Made by a program: the position numbers and the translations under genes. From an uncultured Phycisphaerales bacterium (GTDB lineage Bacteria > Planctomycetota > Phycisphaerae > Tepidisphaerales > Tepidisphaeraceae), in assembly GCA_963758525.1 (NCBI GenBank), contig CAVWVQ010000003.1, positions 3,456,001 through 3,520,000 of the forward strand: a stretch of DNA of 64,000 nucleotides. The letters run 5' to 3'. Shown here piece after piece: positions 60,986-64,000 of the stretch; within the stretch, counting starts at the first letter, position 1; each line of letters starts with the position of its first letter. The notes beneath the pieces were generated by a model. That model was not told the origin of the DNA. It made no database searches and saw only the letters and a program-made list of their open reading frames with translations.

Positions 60986-63199
60986 TTAGTGTCCGGCATT
61001 CCCGCCGGATTCCATTTTTTCTTCAATTGTTCGGGGAATGTAACCGGCTGGGAAAAAAATCGTTAAGCGATTGCGCCACTCAAAGTCGATTCTGCCGGCG
61101 GGATCGAGCCACACGCGCGTCGGCGAGTTTGTATCGGGAACGTCGTGAGTGAATGTGGATTCGATCCGAAATGCCTCCGCTCCGTTTGGCGTGGGCCGAA
61201 TGCGCATGATCCGCCCTCCCTGGTTGAACAAATACAGCAGTCCGTCCCCCGTCCGAACCAGATGCGCGGTCGCCTTCCCGCTTACAGCAGCAGGCAATGG
61301 CCACGCAGGTTGGACGCCGTTGGGATAGACCGCGCGCAGCGTCGTCTGTCCGTCGCAGTAGCGCGTGCCGTCGGAGGCGACCAGAATCGTCGGCCAGGCG
61401 CTTTGCGTTGTAGTGGGGATTGTCGATCCCGCCCGAGTTACTGGGATTGGGCCCGCGGCTGCGTCGTCAGGCCCACTGAAGATTTTTTCCTTTGGGTCGA
61501 GCAGCCGCCATTCGGTTTCTGTCAGCGCGAAGGCCGCGCCGCGCTTGACGACAGGCCAGCCGTCCTTATCCCAGCCGACGCTGTCGGCTGCCGCGAAAGT
61601 CCATGCGGGCAAACGAGGCAGGGGATCCGGCAGCGTCGGATCGATGATCAGGAAATCCGACTGATGCAGTCCGCCCGCGATATCGGAGCCGCGTGGCTTT
61701 TGCATGATCCATCGGCCGCGATGATCGATTCCGACGAATTCGCTGAACGCTGCTTCGTCTTGCCTGAGCAGATCGACGAAGCCGCTGCCGACAAATCTTT
61801 GCATTCCGCGCAGCGCTGACCAGACGATCCATTCGTCGCCAGCCGCCCATATCCTTGATGACTCGGGTTCGAGATCGGCCGTGAGCGATTCCGCCAGCAG
61901 CGCGATGGGCTCGCCCGGGCGGACGCTGATCCACGCCGGCGTTTGGATTTCGGGTTCTCCCCCAGCATGCGGAATCGAGACGCCATCGGGGGCGTAGAAA
62001 ATCACGCCTCCGTCGGCCAGGCGATCCGCGACGGTCAGCGACTTGCTCCCGACCAGTTTCATCCCACCCAGCGTGGGCTCGGTTTTGTCCTTCAATAATT
62101 GTTCGATCCGCTCCGCGGCTTCCGGCGGCTGATCAGGCGCGAGTTTCTCCAGGATCGGCCAGATGCCGGGCCCGTAGCGAGTGAGTTGCTGATACGCGTC
62201 GACGCGCTTCGCCGGTTCTGGATCGTTGAGCAGATCGACCAGCGCGAAGATCTCCTTCCCGCTCACATCGACTTTGTCCAGCGTCGCAACCGCCAGATGC
62301 ACGCCCGTCTCCGATCCCAACAACTGCAGTGCGCTGCCATCCAGCAGCGGAACGACATGCACCAAATTTCCAGGCCAGCCATTTTCGGCTGTCAGAGGAC
62401 TCCATTTCCCATGGACGAATCGCGCCGCCTGGCCGCTTCCTGCAATAAGGGCATCCCACGGGGTCCAGGCGAGAATTCCCTGCAAGTCCGTCAGAGCCAG
62501 CGGAATGACACGGACGGCGCCCGGCGTTTTCGCAAATTCGTAGTGCGACTCTTCCGTCGCGCCGGTGAGGTCGACAATCGAAACACCGCCGGCCGTCGGA
62601 ACCACCACGAGCCGGTTCCACGCAAATGCCGCCTCCCATCGATAATCGAAAGTGGCCTTGAGCACGGTATGTCCCGTGGGCCAAAACACGTCAAAACCGC
62701 CGCCCTCACGCGCGCAAACCACGTATGGCGTCCAACCCTCTGTGTCGCCAGGCATCCAATCCACAAAGGCCACCTTGCGATCGATGACGTGTGCGTCTAT
62801 GTCAGCATTCGGATCGGCCGCTTCGCGCAGAACTGTTTCAACGGGCGCCGCGTCTGCCCGCGTAATCCACAACTCAGCCCATGGCAACGGACTAAGGTAA
62901 ACCGGCTCGTGGAAATGCAAATGCGCAGCCTGCGTCAGGTCCAATAACTCAGGCAGAGGTTGCGTCGATGGAAAGTCGCTATAATTTGCTCTTACAACGT
63001 CCAGATAGGTGTGTCGCGGCGCAGGGGCTGTCGCCGGGTCGGCCACTGGGACTGCCGCAGTGGTGGGGATGACCGCCAGTCCGGCCAGTCCGGACGCGGC
63101 GCCCGGTCTGCGGCGGCAGCAGATATCGCAGAGAAGCAGCACAGATGTGATTGCCATCACAATCGCTGCTGCCATTGGCTTTGAATTGCGCAACTTCAC
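60986..63199 (-). CDS. Large exported hypothetical protein with a central HEAT-like segment
   Basis: 737-aa ORF, hydrophobic N-terminus, LVDLLNDPEPAKRVDAYQQLTRYG. Confidence 0.7.
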   Translation of the reverse strand: MKLRNSKPMAAAIVMAITSVLLLCDICCRRRPGAASGLAGLAVIPTTAAVPVADPATAPAPRHTYLDVVRANYSDFPSTQPLPELLDLTQAAHLHFHEPVYLSPLPWAELWITRADAAPVETVLREAADPNADIDAHVIDRKVAFVDWMPGDTEGWTPYVVCAREGGGFDVFWPTGHTVLKATFDYRWEAAFAWNRLVVVPTAGGVSIVDLTGATEESHYEFAKTPGAVRVIPLALTDLQGILAWTPWDALIAGSGQAARFVHGKWSPLTAENGWPGNLVHVVPLLDGSALQLLGSETGVHLAVATLDKVDVSGKEIFALVDLLNDPEPAKRVDAYQQLTRYGPGIWPILEKLAPDQPPEAAERIEQLLKDKTEPTLGGMKLVGSKSLTVADRLADGGVIFYAPDGVSIPHAGGEPEIQTPAWISVRPGEPIALLAESLTADLEPESSRIWAAGDEWIVWSALRGMQRFVGSGFVDLLRQDEAAFSEFVGIDHRGRWIMQKPRGSDIAGGLHQSDFLIIDPTLPDPLPRLPAWTFAAADSVGWDKDGWPVVKRGAAFALTETEWRLLDPKEKIFSGPDDAAAGPIPVTRAGSTIPTTTQSAWPTILVASDGTRYCDGQTTLRAVYPNGVQPAWPLPAAVSGKATAHLVRTGDGLLYLFNQGGRIMRIRPTPNGAEAFRIESTFTHDVPDTNSPTRVWLDPAGRIDFEWRNRLTIFFPAGYIPRTIEEKMESGGNAGH

Positions 63200-63258
63200 G
63201 GCGAGGCGTAATCTTACTCTTTTTTGGACGCCGCCGAGATTGAATCGTACGGAGAGAT

Positions 63259-63894
63259 ATGGAAAGCGTTACACCGCCAGGAGCCGCGGGTCGAAGAGTC
63301 TTAATCGTCGAAGACGATACGCTCGTCGGGCTCGGGCTGCGTTCTCAGTTGGAAAAATTCGGGCACGATGTGGTTGCTCAGGCCGCGACAATCACGGAGG
63401 CGACCGCGCTGTATCGGCTGCACAAGCCGGACTTCGTGTTGCTCGATATCCGACTTGGGACCGAAGACGGAATCGATCTGGCCGGGCAGTTGCTGAAGGA
63501 GCGGCGATGTCCGATGGTGGTTCTGAGCGCCTACAGCGATCGCGCCCTGATCGAGCGCGCCACCGCGGCCGGGGTTTTCGGATATTTGATCAAACCGGTC
63601 AGCGCCGAGGCGTTGCAGGCGCAGATCGAGGTCGCTTCGCAGCGCTTCCTCGAACACGAAAATCTCAGCCGCGAGAAAGACTCGCTGGCACAGACGCTGG
63701 AAACGCGCAAGCTTGTCGAGCGCGCCAAGGGGATTTTCATGAAACGGCTCGGGCTGGACGAATCGGAAGCGCACCGCAAGCTGCAGCAGGAGAGCCAGCG
63801 CCGCCGAATCGGCCTTGCGGAACTTGCCAAGCGGGTGATCGAATCCGAAGAGTTGCTCGGCGGGCCGCCGGGCGGTCCAGCCAAGTCGCTTTGA
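63259..63894 (+). CDS. REC-ANTAR response regulator (PdtaR/NasT-like)
   Basis: LIVEDD, LLDIRL, GYLIKP, RKLVERAKGIFMKRLGLDESEAHRKLQ. Confidence 0.92.
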   Translation: MESVTPPGAAGRRVLIVEDDTLVGLGLRSQLEKFGHDVVAQAATITEATALYRLHKPDFVLLDIRLGTEDGIDLAGQLLKERRCPMVVLSAYSDRALIERATAAGVFGYLIKPVSAEALQAQIEVASQRFLEHENLSREKDSLAQTLETRKLVERAKGIFMKRLGLDESEAHRKLQQESQRRRIGLAELAKRVIESEELLGGPPGGPAKSL

Positions 63895-63951
63895 ATCGGC
63901 TTTCAGCGCCGCCGGTCCGTGGCTACAATCCCGCCCTTTACCGGGAGAACC

Positions 63952-64000
63952 ATGATGCATTTGAAGCAGACCGATCCCCAAGTCGCGGAAATCATCGAGC
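63952..64000 (+). CDS. glyA: 5' end of a probable serine hydroxymethyltransferase (runs off the window)
   Basis: MMHLKQTDPQVAEIIE is typical of the GlyA N-terminus; only 16 codons visible. Confidence 0.5.
   Translation, partial: MMHLKQTDPQVAEIIE

Noticed and set aside
63895..63951. ANTAR dual-hairpin target ahead of glyA
   Set aside because: No paired hexaloop stems or terminator visible in the short gap.

Overview
GC-rich bacterial chromosome segment, most consistent with Planctomycetota, probably Phycisphaerae-like. This is inferred from a prepilin-N/H-X9-DG protein, S12 with RVRDLPG, planctomycete-type small proteins and expanded TMTC-like genes. The housekeeping backbone is uppS-cdsA, phoH-7TM/HD-ybeY-CNNM, an epimerase, serS, rpsL-rpsG, hemL, dnaK, a groES-like gene, a kinase/HD-GYP/GGDEF c-di-GMP operon, lysA, purM, pgeF, coaD, rplM-rpsI, a REC-ANTAR regulator and the start of glyA. 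Two accessory regions stand out. (1) 11.2-19.4 kb: a scrambled RHS toxin/immunity locus interleaved with RAYT-like (Y1 HUH) transposase cassettes; their terminal motifs sit at most of the RHS fragment breakpoints, and an IS5 is inserted in one copy. (2) 40.8-58.8 kb: eight paralogous TMTC-like GT-C + TPR genes surrounding one Ser/Thr-rich prepilin-like gene, a candidate protein O-glycosylation island. Also present are a 143-bp MITE in three copies, each with its own 8-bp target duplication, a 6-unit ~178-bp palindromic tandem array, a probable internally deleted HEPN-like toxin, and a candidate ~115-nt sRNA with an anti-Shine-Dalgarno-like seed. Several single-base frameshifts in core genes suggest residual sequencing/assembly indels. 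All calls were made by eye, with no database search.
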